Assembly: GCA_031270605.1 (NCBI GenBank)
Contig: JAISXG010000070.1
Coordinates: 10,482-74,481, forward strand
Direction: 5' to 3'
DNA from: Oscillospiraceae bacterium
Lineage (GTDB): Bacteria > Bacillota > Clostridia > Oscillospirales > Acutalibacteraceae
DNA length: 64,000 nucleotides
Made by a program: the position numbers and the translations under genes. Shown piece by piece: positions 1 through 9,427 of the stretch; within the stretch, counting starts at the first letter, position 1; every line of letters starts with the position of its first letter. The notes under the pieces are model-generated. The model searched no databases, had not been told where the DNA came from, and worked only from the letters and a program-made list of their open reading frames with translations.

Positions 1-959
1 AAATCGGTAATGATATTGTCGATTGCCTTTTCAACCATCACGTCCGGGATCTCACCCTCAACCTTCTCAGCCAAAGCGTCAAGCACGGCGGTTTCAATCT
101 TTTTGTCGGCGCTCTCCTGCTTTCCTTTAAGAATAGAGGCCTCAACGTCTTTTTTATATTCCTCAAACGTGTCAAACTCGCTGACATCCTTTGCGAACTC
201 ATCGTCAAGCTCGGGCAGCTCTTCCACACGGATGGAATTGAGCTTGATTTTGAACACGGCGTCCTTGCCCGCAAGCTCTTCCGCGCCGTATTCTTCGGGG
301 AACGTCACATTAATGTCAAAGGGTTCGCCGATGGAGTGGCCGATAAGCTGCTCCTCAAACCCGGGGATGAACTGCCCCGACCCGATGGTGAGCTCGTGCC
401 CCTCGGCCTTGCCGCCGTCAAAGGCGACACCGTCGACATATCCTTCAAAGTCGATGTTCGCGATATCTTTGTCCTGCGCCGGCCTGTCGTCAACGTCCAC
501 CTGGCGGGCATTGTGCTTTTGGGCATGCTCGATTTCATGCTCCACTTCCTCCACCGTAACGCTTACGTCTTCACGCGCAGCGGAAAGGCCCTTGTATTCA
601 CCAAGAGCGATTTCGGGCTTCACGGTCACTTTGCAGGTCAGCTCAACGCCGTCGGCGCCGATTTGTTCGATATCAAAGTCACGGGGCGAGTCAACGGGCG
701 AAATGCCGGACTCTTGCACCGCGGCCTCATAAACAGCGGGAAACACTTCTTCAAGCGCGTCGTCATAAAAGACGTTCTCGCCATACATTTTTTCAATAAA
801 TCTTCTTGGGGCCTTGCCCTTTCTGAAGCCGGGCACATTGATTTTGCCCTTTTGCTTGTGATACACCTTGTTCACGGCGCCTTCAAATGCCGCGCCGTCA
901 ATTGAGAGTGCGAGCGTGTACTCGTTCACTCCGGTTTTTTCTGCTGATTTTAAACTCAT
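1..959 (-). CDS. tig: Trigger factor, N-terminal and PPIase domains; the 3' end runs off the window
   Basis: Absent from the ORF track because there is no stop in the window. Reverse translation from the ATG at 959 reads MSLKSAEKTGVNEYTLALSIDGAAFEGAVNKVYHKQKGKINVPGFRKGKAPRRFIEKMYG..., which carries the trigger-factor GFRxGxxP signature. The + ORF 10..732 is an S-rich shadow. Confidence 0.85.
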   Translation of the reverse strand, partial: MSLKSAEKTGVNEYTLALSIDGAAFEGAVNKVYHKQKGKINVPGFRKGKAPRRFIEKMYGENVFYDDALEEVFPAVYEAAVQESGISPVDSPRDFDIEQIGADGVELTCKVTVKPEIALGEYKGLSAAREDVSVTVEEVEHEIEHAQKHNARQVDVDDRPAQDKDIANIDFEGYVDGVAFDGGKAEGHELTIGSGQFIPGFEEQLIGHSIGEPFDINVTFPEEYGAEELAGKDAVFKIKLNSIRVEELPELDDEFAKDVSEFDTFEEYKKDVEASILKGKQESADKKIETAVLDALAEKVEGEIPDVMVEKAIDNIITD

Positions 960-1258
960 ATGAATCCAATCCTTTCCCGTGCCCGCGCAAAACGAAAAAC
1001 ACGCATTGCCGCAAAGCGGGCATTTCTCAAAACAACGCAACAAAGTCAGTTCAACGTAGTATTTTAACACAGAAACGCAAGAAATACCACATCTTTTTTC
1101 ATTTCTCCGATAACGCATATAAAACACAAAAAAACACGCGGGTTTTTATGTGTTTTTACCAGTTTCGGCCTGTCTGAACCCGCAATAACGATCAAACAAA
1201 CCAAATCGGGGACGCAAAACAGACAGTTTGACCAAAAATTAAACTATCAAAATAGGAA

Positions 1259-1969
1259 TTAAAATTTACGGATCAGCTTGGGGCAAAATTTTAAAAAATC
1301 GCCTGAAACCAGCGAAAAACGAATGCCGCTGTGCACAAAATCGCGGTAACGGTCTGTTTTTTCGCCGTGCACATGCCCGAAAAAGCACTGCGCCACGGGA
1401 AAAGATGTGAGCACCTCCATCATCGGCTCGCAAACCTGCAGCTCGCTCACCGGCGGATAGTGCAAAAACACCAGCAGCTCCTTTTCAAAGGCGAGCGCCT
1501 GTTCAATAGAGCGCCGCAGCCTGCCCGCCTCACGCAGCAGCACTTTTTCGGCATTGTCGGCATCGTCGTCAAAAAACCAGCCGCGCGAGCCGCAAACCGC
1601 ATAATCGCCGATTTCATAGGCATTATTATAAAGAATCCGCAAAGAATCAAAACCGTTTTCACAAAAAAACTTTTGAATTTTGTTGGCGGTCGACCACCAA
1701 TAATCGTGATTGCCCTTGAGTAAAATTTTTTTGCCGGGCAGCGCGTGCAAAAAAGCAAAATCCTCGCGTGTTTCAGAAAGTTGCATGCCCCATGAAATAT
1801 CGCCGGGGAGAATGACCCAATCGTTTTCGCCGACAATTTTGCGCCAGTTCTGCTCAAGCCGTGAAGTATAATCCTCCCAGCCTGAAAAGATATGCATCGA
1901 TTTGTCTGTTTGAAAAGACAAATGCGTGTCCGCAATAGCAAAAATTGACATGCGATTCTCCAAATTCAA
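1259..1969 (-). CDS. Metallophosphoesterase (calcineurin-like phosphoesterase family)
   Basis: 236 aa with the motifs AIADTHL, PGDISWG and LKGNHDYWW. Confidence 0.8.
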   Translation of the reverse strand: MNLENRMSIFAIADTHLSFQTDKSMHIFSGWEDYTSRLEQNWRKIVGENDWVILPGDISWGMQLSETREDFAFLHALPGKKILLKGNHDYWWSTANKIQKFFCENGFDSLRILYNNAYEIGDYAVCGSRGWFFDDDADNAEKVLLREAGRLRRSIEQALAFEKELLVFLHYPPVSELQVCEPMMEVLTSFPVAQCFFGHVHGEKTDRYRDFVHSGIRFSLVSGDFLKFCPKLIRKF

Positions 1970-2058
1970 AATCTGACTCGTATATCCGCGACAAAATCAC
2001 CAACAATAGACTCAGGCTCCGAACAACAATATGAATCTACGAAAGGATGGTCATAATC

Positions 2059-2238
2059 ATGAATAAAAGCAACGATCCCAACGCATTGCCGGGAATTCAC
2101 TGCGATGCGAAAAACTGCGTTTATAACGCGGAAAACTGCCACTGCACGGCAAACGAGATTTCTGTCGGAACAAAAAATGCCTGCTCCGTCAATGAAACTC
2201 TTTGCGGCACTTTCAAACTGAGCAGCATGGCTGAATAA
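2059..2238 (+). CDS. DUF1540 small Cys-rich protein
   Basis: Repeated C..NC.YN...C.A motif (HCDAKNCVYNAENCHCTANEISV). An ATG at 2047 is an alternative start. Confidence 0.6.
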   Translation: MNKSNDPNALPGIHCDAKNCVYNAENCHCTANEISVGTKNACSVNETLCGTFKLSSMAE

Positions 2239-2252
2239 AACATTGAACAAGC

Positions 2253-2282
2253 TTCAAGGGAACACATTTGTGTTCCCTTGAA
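2253..2282. terminator. 14-bp perfect hairpin between convergent genes (candidate bidirectional terminator)
   Basis: ttcaagggaacaca/tgtgttcccttgaa inverted repeat seen in the sequence. The T tail is weak. Confidence 0.5.
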
Positions 2283-2311
2283 CACTTTATAATTTTATAA
2301 AATTTTATAAA

Positions 2312-3811
2312 TCAAATTAAACCCAACATACCAAGCACCACGCCCTGCATATCCTCTTTTTCGCAAACCTGCGAAAACCGGGGTTGTTGCCCTTTAAGGG
2401 CCTTGAGCTGCTGGGGAGCGGCGACACCTGTGAACGCCTCAAGTTCTTTGAGCATGGAAAAGTCGTCCTTCGCTTGCACGGCGCCGCCCTTCACCGCGTC
2501 CAGCACATCCGCGCAGAACTTGTAGGGGCTGGCGGTCGAGGCGATCACGCTCACGGTTTTGTCGCCCGTTTCTTTTACATAATCCTCATACACACGCACG
2601 GCGACGGCGGTATGGGTGTCAAGCAGGTAGCCGTTTTTCTCAAAAGTATTTTTTATGGTTTCTTTTGTGGCGGCGTCGTCGCAATAGCCCGCGGCAAATT
2701 CCGACTGCAGCAAAGAAAGCACCCCACCGTTCACGGCGTAGCTCCCTGTTTTCGCAAGCGAAGCGAACCACTCGCGAATCTCGGCGGCGTTTCCGCCGTT
2801 CATCAAAAACAAAAGGCGCTCAAGGTTGCTTGAAATCAAAATATCCATCGAGGGCGACGCGGTGGCAAAAAACTGCCGGTTTCTGTCATAGGTTCCCGTT
2901 TTCATAAAATCGGTCAGCACATTGTTCGCGTTTGAAGCGCAAATAAGTTTATTCACGGGCAGCCCCATATGCTTTGCGAAATAGGCGGCGAGAATGTTGC
3001 CGAAGTTGCCCGTGGGCACCACAAAATTCACCTTGTCGCCGTTTTGGATTTTGCCCTCGCCGAGCAAATCGCAATAGGCCGAAAAATAATATACGATCTG
3101 CGGCACAAGGCGGCCCCAGTTGATGGAGTTTGCGGAAGAAAAGCTGAAATTGTTTTCATTGAAAACGGCCTTGATTTTTTCATCTGTAAAAATCTGCTTC
3201 ACGCCGGTCTGCGCATCGTCAAAATTGCCCGCGATGCCGCAAACGCCCACGTTTTCGCCCTTTTGGGTCGTCATTTGCAGCTTTTGCATGGGGCTGACTC
3301 CCTCGCTGGGGTAAAACACAAGAATCCGCGTGCCCGCAACGTCGCAAAATCCCTCAAGAGCCGCCTTGCCCGTGTCACCTGATGTGGCAACCAAAATCAC
3401 AATCTCCTGCCCGATACCCGCCTTTTTCACGCTGCCGGTCAAAAGATAGGGCAGTATTTGCAGCGCCATATCTTTGAACGCGCAGGTCGGCCCGCGCCAT
3501 AATTCAAGCACATGCGTCCTTTCGCCAAGCTTTACAAGCGGCACGGTTTTTTCGTGAGAAAATTTGCCGCCGCCATAGGCGCCCTTCGCATATTCGGCAA
3601 GCTCCTCCTCTGAAAAGTCACTCAAAAACAGCGAGAGCACGCGCACCGCACGGCCGATGTAGTCAAGCGAGGCCAATTCCTCAATAAAATCAGACGAAAC
3701 CTGCGGAGTGAACTCGGGCACAAACAGCCCGCCGTCGGCAGAAATGCCCTTGGCAATCGCTTCGGCGGACAAAACTGCCAGGGATTGATCTCTTGTTGAA
3801 GTATAACGCAT
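2312..3811 (-). CDS. thrC: Threonine synthase
   Basis: 499 aa. MRYTSTRD...GGLFVPE N-terminus and the PLP-lysine context CAFKDMALQ. Confidence 0.9.
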   Translation of the reverse strand: MRYTSTRDQSLAVLSAEAIAKGISADGGLFVPEFTPQVSSDFIEELASLDYIGRAVRVLSLFLSDFSEEELAEYAKGAYGGGKFSHEKTVPLVKLGERTHVLELWRGPTCAFKDMALQILPYLLTGSVKKAGIGQEIVILVATSGDTGKAALEGFCDVAGTRILVFYPSEGVSPMQKLQMTTQKGENVGVCGIAGNFDDAQTGVKQIFTDEKIKAVFNENNFSFSSANSINWGRLVPQIVYYFSAYCDLLGEGKIQNGDKVNFVVPTGNFGNILAAYFAKHMGLPVNKLICASNANNVLTDFMKTGTYDRNRQFFATASPSMDILISSNLERLLFLMNGGNAAEIREWFASLAKTGSYAVNGGVLSLLQSEFAAGYCDDAATKETIKNTFEKNGYLLDTHTAVAVRVYEDYVKETGDKTVSVIASTASPYKFCADVLDAVKGGAVQAKDDFSMLKELEAFTGVAAPQQLKALKGQQPRFSQVCEKEDMQGVVLGMLGLI

Positions 3812-3862
3812 TGCGAACCCGTCTTTCTTATACTAAACCGGAAGGCTTAGTATGATAATGAT

Positions 3863-3899
3863 AAAAAATGCGTGCAGGCATGTTCTTTGCCGACACGCA
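3863..3899 (-). terminator. Intrinsic terminator after the dipeptidase gene
   Basis: On the - strand: TGCGTG..GGCA...TGCC..CACGCA stem followed by TTTTTT. Confidence 0.5.
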
Positions 3900-3950
3900 A
3901 GAAAACGCATTGTTTTTATTTTAACAAATGAAACCCGAAGTGTAAAGCCA

Positions 3951-4898
3951 TTAGGCAAGACTCCCAAAAAATTTATCGGCATTACCATAAAAAATACGTT
4001 CACAAAGGGCTTCGTTCATATTTTTAGACAAAAGATATTCATAAATATCCCGCAGCTTTTCAACGGCGGCAAGCTCCGGCAGGGGGTCGCAGCCGTCAAG
4101 GTCGCAGCCCATGGCGAGAATGTGCTCCGCGCCCGTGTCAAGCGCATGGGAAATATGCCTGTAAACCGCGTCGAACGAAGCGTCGCCTTTGTCGCCCAAA
4201 AAGTCGGGGCAAAGATTGATGCCCATCAGCCCGCCGCGCTCCACAAGGCAGCGGATCTGCGCGTCGTCAAGGTTTCGCCTGCGTCCATACTCATTTTCGG
4301 TCAGGTCACAGTTTGAGTGGCTTGCGACAAAGGGCTTTTTTGCGTGCTCGGCAACATCCCAAAACCCGCGTTTTGACAGATGTGAAACATCCGCGACCAT
4401 AGAAAGCCGCTCCATCTCGCGCAGGGCATTGATGCCAAAAGCGGTCAGGCCCGTGTCAGGCTCTGCCCAGCAGCCGCTGGCAATTTCATTTTGCGCGTTC
4501 CAAGTCAGCGTCATCAGCCGCACGTCGCAGTCAGACAGGTGCCGCAGGCCCTCAATGGTACCTGCCGCTGCCGCGCCCCCCTCAACGGAGAGAATGGCTT
4601 TCATTTTTGTGTCTTTCGAGTCAAAATACGAAAAAATCAAGTCACTGTTTTTCTGCATCTGTTTTTCATAAAAAGCATGTACGCGGTCAAAATACGCAAC
4701 CGCCGCCTGCCCCCGCAGCGTGTCGGGAATAAACACCGCAAAAATTTGCGCAAAGGCGTCATAGTCCGCCGCGCGCTCAAGCGACACCTGCAGGTCGTTC
4801 GCAAACAGCTGCTTGCCCTGCTCCTCCAGCACGGTGATGGTATCGCAATGCAAATCAAACAATTTCATAAGCGCGATCCTCTCGTCAAAGGTCATCAA
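3951..4898 (-). CDS. Membrane dipeptidase (peptidase family M19)
   Basis: 315 aa. DLHCDT metal-binding N-terminal motif and overall M19 layout. Confidence 0.8.
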   Translation of the reverse strand: MMTFDERIALMKLFDLHCDTITVLEEQGKQLFANDLQVSLERAADYDAFAQIFAVFIPDTLRGQAAVAYFDRVHAFYEKQMQKNSDLIFSYFDSKDTKMKAILSVEGGAAAAGTIEGLRHLSDCDVRLMTLTWNAQNEIASGCWAEPDTGLTAFGINALREMERLSMVADVSHLSKRGFWDVAEHAKKPFVASHSNCDLTENEYGRRRNLDDAQIRCLVERGGLMGINLCPDFLGDKGDASFDAVYRHISHALDTGAEHILAMGCDLDGCDPLPELAAVEKLRDIYEYLLSKNMNEALCERIFYGNADKFFGSLA

Positions 4899-5269
4899 AA
4901 CGCGTTCTTGACGTGATTGATGGTATAGTCTTTACCTGAGAACAACACCTCGATAATATCAAAGCGTATTGCGGTGCGAAGCTTTTCAGTCCCGTGCGTC
5001 TTTTCAGCCGCAAGAAACGCCGCCGCCGTGCCGCGCACACGCTCCTGCTTTTGCGCGTCCACCGCGTCCGCGGGGGCAAAGAGCGTTGTTCTGTCGCGCG
5101 ATTTCACTTCCACAAACACGCACACGCCGTTTTGCTCGGCAACAATGTCAATCTCGCCGCTTTTCGATGCATAATTTGCCGCAAGAATGCCATAGCCCGC
5201 GTCACGCAGAAACCGCGCGGCATACACCTCGCCCAAAAGCCCGATTCGCTGCGAATGCTCCATGTTCAC
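4895..5269 (-). CDS. yraN: YraN-family endonuclease (UPF0102)
   Basis: 124 aa. GEIDIVA...VFVEVKSR motif. 4-nt overlaps with both neighbours. Confidence 0.85.
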   Translation of the reverse strand: MNMEHSQRIGLLGEVYAARFLRDAGYGILAANYASKSGEIDIVAEQNGVCVFVEVKSRDRTTLFAPADAVDAQKQERVRGTAAAFLAAEKTHGTEKLRTAIRFDIIEVLFSGKDYTINHVKNAF

Positions 5270-5874
5270 TCCCCCGCTTTCGCAAGGATTTTTTTCAGAA
5301 AGCTCTTTCTGTGCACAGGTGAAACACCGTACTTCTCAATCATTTCATAATGCAAAGCGGTACCGTAGCCCTTGTGCTTTTCAAACAGATACTGCGGGTA
5401 TTCCCCGGCAAGGCACAGCATGAAGCGGTCGCGGCTCACCTTGGCGAGAATGGAGGCCGCCGCAATCGAAACGGATTTGCCGTCACCCTTTACAATGCAC
5501 TGCTCGGGCAGACCTGTGCCCGGTGCGCGGTTGCCGTCCACCAAAACACAGTCCGCTGGAACAGAAAGCCCCGCGACGGCGCGGCGCATAGCGAGAAAGG
5601 TGGCGTTTAATATATTATATTCATCAATTTCGGTTTCATCCGCATAAGCCACAGAATAAGCGGTTGCGCGCTCACAAATCACATCAAACAGCGCGTCACG
5701 TTTTTTTTCGGTGAGTTTTTTTGAGTCATTCAAACCGATCGCCTCAAGCCCCGGGGGCAAAATCACCGCCGCCGCGAACACAGGCCCCGCAAGCGGCCCG
5801 CGCCCGGCCTCGTCCACGCCGCAAACGGCATGAAAGCCCCGCGCCGCTGCCGCCAGTTCATATTCATAGGTCAT
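5266..5874 (-). CDS. rnhB: Ribonuclease HII
   Basis: 202 aa. [14 protein letters not shown] catalytic motif. Confidence 0.9.
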   Translation of the reverse strand: MTYEYELAAAARGFHAVCGVDEAGRGPLAGPVFAAAVILPPGLEAIGLNDSKKLTEKKRDALFDVICERATAYSVAYADETEIDEYNILNATFLAMRRAVAGLSVPADCVLVDGNRAPGTGLPEQCIVKGDGKSVSIAAASILAKVSRDRFMLCLAGEYPQYLFEKHKGYGTALHYEMIEKYGVSPVHRKSFLKKILAKAGE

Positions 5875-5930
5875 TGCCCTGCCATCCTTTCACAAAATCA
5901 AAAGTTTTCTGAAAACAAGCGACTGTCATT

Positions 5931-6884
5931 TTATTTGCAATGAACACCTGCATCCCCCGTCACCGTTTGCAGCGTTCGCCGCACCGTTTCGGCATCCTGC
6001 GCGATCTGCGCACTCAATGCTTCAAAAGAATCAAATTTGATTTCAGGCCGCAAAAACTGATAGAGCCGCACCTCCACATTCTGCCCATAAAGGTCGCCGC
6101 TGTAGCCCAGCAGGCAGGTTTCGCTGCGCGGCTTGTCTGTGCCAACAGTCGGGCGCAGGCCGATGTTTGTCATTGCGTCATACCATTTGCCCTCGGCAAA
6201 GGCCCTTGCGGCATACACGCCGTAGCGCGGCACGGCAAAACCCTCGGGAAAGAACTGGTTAATCGTGGGAAACCCGAGCAACCGCCCGCGCCTGTCGCCG
6301 CTCACCACAAGAAAATCATAAGAAAACGCCCTGCCCAGCATAAGGTTCGCAAGGCGCACATCGCCTTCGGCCAGTTCTTTTCGGATGTTTGAAGACGAAA
6401 TCGGCAGGCCGTCAACACGCACTTCGGGAATTACGCGCAGCACTACGCCTTTTTCTTCACAAAGGCGCGAAAGTAAGGCGATATCGCCCTCTCCCCTTTT
6501 TCCGAAAGAATAGTTATAGCCGCATGAAATGAATTTTGCACGAAAGCGGCCAAGCAATATTTCATAAAAAAACGCTTCTGCCTGCATATCCTTCAGCTCA
6601 TAAAAATCCAGTTCACGCAGCGAAACGCCGCACGCACGAAACAATTCGTCGCGAATGCGCCCCTCACACAGCGCCGGAGGGGCTTTTTTGTGCAGCACCG
6701 CCTGCGGGTGAGGCGAAAAGGTCAGAGCAACGGGCAACAGCCCGGCGGCACTGTTTGCCGCCGCGGCCTCGAGCACCGCACGGTGCCCCAAATGCACGCC
6801 GTCAAAGTTGCCAAGCGCAACGGCGGTTTCCGCTTGCAGTTGTTGTTCGGTCAAGTGCATAGAAAAGGTCATTCCTTTCTGCAA
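5931..6884 (-). CDS. ribF: Bifunctional riboflavin kinase / FMN adenylyltransferase
   Basis: 317 aa. GNFDGVHLGH nucleotidyltransferase motif and a C-terminal riboflavin kinase domain. Confidence 0.9.
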   Translation of the reverse strand: MQKGMTFSMHLTEQQLQAETAVALGNFDGVHLGHRAVLEAAAANSAAGLLPVALTFSPHPQAVLHKKAPPALCEGRIRDELFRACGVSLRELDFYELKDMQAEAFFYEILLGRFRAKFISCGYNYSFGKRGEGDIALLSRLCEEKGVVLRVIPEVRVDGLPISSSNIRKELAEGDVRLANLMLGRAFSYDFLVVSGDRRGRLLGFPTINQFFPEGFAVPRYGVYAARAFAEGKWYDAMTNIGLRPTVGTDKPRSETCLLGYSGDLYGQNVEVRLYQFLRPEIKFDSFEALSAQIAQDAETVRRTLQTVTGDAGVHCK

Positions 6885-6969
6885 AACGAAGCATACGCTT
6901 CGCCTGCAAACCTAAAAAACAAAAGATGCGGCAGCACTGCGCATCTTTTTGCAACGATTCAGACACGCT

Positions 6970-7863
6970 CTAAACCGCAAATATTTTTTTCGGGGCCAAA
7001 AATTCACCCTTTCCGGTATCCCATTCACCAAGACCCAAAAACGCGCCGTCGGGGGAATAAACGCGGTAGAAGCCGTCTTTTTTGATGCCCTGCACCCGTG
7101 TGACGTCAAGCTCGCCGCCGTTTTGAAAACGCACGCTCTGCGGGGCCGTGACCCAAAGGGCAGGGTAAGCGGAGAGGGCTTTATCCACAGGGATGATGAG
7201 CTTTTGCAGGGCGTTTTTTTCCGCCTTTTCACGGACTTCTTCCACAGTAAAGGCCTTCTTTATTAAAAATCCGTTGGACTGCGTTCTGCGCAGCGCGGTC
7301 AACACCGCGCCGCAGCCAAGCGCCGCGCCGATATCCGCCACAAGAGTGCGGATGTATGTGCCCGCCGAGCAATCCACTGCGATTTCATATTCGTCGTTTT
7401 CAAAAGCACCGGTCAATTCCAGCTTCTTGATGGTAACTTCGCGTTCCTTACGCTCCACCTCAATACCCTGGCGCGCAAGGTCATAAAGCCGCTTACCATT
7501 GTGCATCAGCGCCGAATACATGGGCGGAACCTGCACAATCTTCCCCCGAAACCCGGGCAGCAGCGCCTGCACATCCCCTTCGCCTGCATCCACACTCTGC
7601 GTTTCAAGCACGGTGCCGGTGATATCGAGCGTGTCTGTAACTGTTCCGAGCCGAAAGCGCGCAATATAAGCCTTTTGGTCACTGGGCAGCAGTGAAATAA
7701 ACCTTGCGGCACAGCCGAGCGCCACGGGCAAAACCCCCGTCGCCATCGGGTCAAGCGTGCCGGTGTGCCCGGCCTTTTTTTCGCCGGTGATTTTGCGCAC
7801 CTCCGCCACCGCGCGAAACGATGTGACGCCCTCACGTTTGTCAAGGCATAAAAATCCAACCAT
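6970..7863 (-). CDS. truB: tRNA pseudouridine(55) synthase
   Basis: 297 aa. GHTGTLDPMATGVLP catalytic Asp motif. Confidence 0.9.
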   Translation of the reverse strand: MVGFLCLDKREGVTSFRAVAEVRKITGEKKAGHTGTLDPMATGVLPVALGCAARFISLLPSDQKAYIARFRLGTVTDTLDITGTVLETQSVDAGEGDVQALLPGFRGKIVQVPPMYSALMHNGKRLYDLARQGIEVERKEREVTIKKLELTGAFENDEYEIAVDCSAGTYIRTLVADIGAALGCGAVLTALRRTQSNGFLIKKAFTVEEVREKAEKNALQKLIIPVDKALSAYPALWVTAPQSVRFQNGGELDVTRVQGIKKDGFYRVYSPDGAFLGLGEWDTGKGEFLAPKKIFAV

Positions 7864-7868
7864 AATCT

Positions 7869-8858
7869 TTATTCTCCCGTTTCTTTCAGCGCCTGCTCAA
7901 GCTCTTCGCCGATCGCATTGATCAGCGTTTCATACACTTCTTCAAGCGTGCGCCCCTTCAGCGCGCACCCGGCGGCACGGCGATGCCCGCCCCCGCCCAT
8001 TTTTGCGCAGATATTGGCGGCGTTTGCAGGGGCATTGGTCCGAACGGAGATTTTGTATGTAGCCCCGTCCTTCGTTTCTTTGATCGCGGCGCCCACCAGC
8101 ACCCCTTCTATCTGCCGCGGTATCGCGGTGATGGGATGGGTCTCGCTCTCGTCAGAGCCGCTTTTTTCATACATATCCTGCGTGATTTTGATGACGGCGC
8201 ATTTGCCGTCAAAAAACATTTTCATGGAAGACAGCGCCAGCGTTTCAAGCGCCGTATAGGTTTTGGTTCTTGTCTCAAAGGTGAGCTTATTGATTTTACC
8301 CGTGTTCAGGCCGACATCCACCATGTCCGCCGCCATACGCAGGCTGCGTGAGGTGGTGTTTGAATAGCGGAAACAGCCTGTGTCCGTCGTAATGCCGACA
8401 TAAATGCAGCGGGCGATAATTTCATCAATCGGCGCGCCAAGCTCGCGGATGATCAGCAGCACGGTTTCGGCGCAGGCCGCGGCCTCGGGCTCCTCTTCCA
8501 TGCAGATATATTTCGCCGTCATGCTGTTCGAGCCGTGGTGGTCGACGCACAGATCGATCCGTTCACGGTATTGCGCGGCGTATTCCTCGTCGCCGAGAAG
8601 GGACATGTCCGCAATATCCACGCTCACGATAAACTGTTCTTCAAAGTCCTGCACCTCGACGCCCCGGGGAATAAAATCAAAGATATGAGGAGTTTTGTCC
8701 GCGCACGCAACCCTTGCCTTTTTGTTCAGGTTGTGCAGCGCGCGGCAGAGCGCATAAGCGCACCCGAGCGTATCGCCGTCGGGGTTCTCATGCGCAAGAA
8801 TCAGAATATTATCCTGTTGCCTCAACAATTCTGACGCTTGTTTCACATCAATCCTCAT
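7869..8858 (-). CDS. DHH/DHHA1 phosphoesterase (NrnA-like oligoribonuclease / pAp phosphatase)
   Basis: 329 aa. HENPDGD, DHH (VDHHG) and GGGH motifs. Conserved position between rbfA and truB. Confidence 0.8.
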   Translation of the reverse strand: MRIDVKQASELLRQQDNILILAHENPDGDTLGCAYALCRALHNLNKKARVACADKTPHIFDFIPRGVEVQDFEEQFIVSVDIADMSLLGDEEYAAQYRERIDLCVDHHGSNSMTAKYICMEEEPEAAACAETVLLIIRELGAPIDEIIARCIYVGITTDTGCFRYSNTTSRSLRMAADMVDVGLNTGKINKLTFETRTKTYTALETLALSSMKMFFDGKCAVIKITQDMYEKSGSDESETHPITAIPRQIEGVLVGAAIKETKDGATYKISVRTNAPANAANICAKMGGGGHRRAAGCALKGRTLEEVYETLINAIGEELEQALKETGE

Positions 8859-9210
8859 GTTTGCTTTCCTTTCTTGCGGCGTCGAGCCGCTTAAACATTT
8901 CTATGCCCTGCTCAACGGAATCATCCGCCACAAATTTGATTTCAGGCGCCTTGCGCAAATGCAGCCGGCCGCCCACTTCACGCCGGACGATCCCCACCGC
9001 GCCGTTCAAAACCTTTACGGCTGCCTGCGCGTCCGCAATGCCCGAAAGAGAGCTGACAAACACCTTGGCAAAAGAATTGTCGCTTGTGAGCTCAACACGC
9101 ACCACTGTGAGCATACTGCCCGAAATGCGCGGGTCTTTCAGCTCACGGATAATGGCGATGATCTCTCTTTTGATGTCCTCCGATGTTCTGCTGCTTTTAT
9201 ATGCAGGCAT
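8848..9210 (-). CDS. rbfA: Ribosome-binding factor A
   Basis: 120 aa. Typical RbfA sequence in the conserved infB-rbfA order. Confidence 0.9.
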   Translation of the reverse strand: MPAYKSSRTSEDIKREIIAIIRELKDPRISGSMLTVVRVELTSDNSFAKVFVSSLSGIADAQAAVKVLNGAVGIVRREVGGRLHLRKAPEIKFVADDSVEQGIEMFKRLDAARKESKHED

Positions 9211-9270
9211 AACGCTCCCTTCCTTTCTGACGGCCCGCTTAGATGCAAAGCCGAATCAATCCTTTATAAA

Positions 9271-9422
9271 ACGGAGTTTCATTCCCGTCAGCAATGGTTT
9301 AACCATATCTTTCTCAAAACTGAACCCCGGGCGAAGAATGCGGTGGCACGGCTTGCCCGCGACAGACGGGGTTTCAGCCCCGTCAGCATTCTTCCCAATG
9401 GCTTAAAGCTTCGCTTTAAGCC
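9271..9422 (-). other. Structured spacer RNA between infB and rbfA: two related hairpins, an enclosing 9-bp stem and a 10-bp hairpin
   Basis: Copies acggagtttcattcccgtcagca (9271-9294) and acggggtttcagccccgtcagca (9366-9389). Stem gaagaatgc/gcattcttc (9333-9341/9386-9394). Hairpin ggcttaaagc-ttc-gctttaagcc (9400-9422). Confidence 0.4.
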
Positions 9423-9427
9423 TGTTT

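Noticed and set aside
10-732. 240-aa + strand ORF, very Ser-rich
   Set aside because: It is a low-complexity shadow of the - strand trigger factor gene, which reads through this whole region with a clear family signature.
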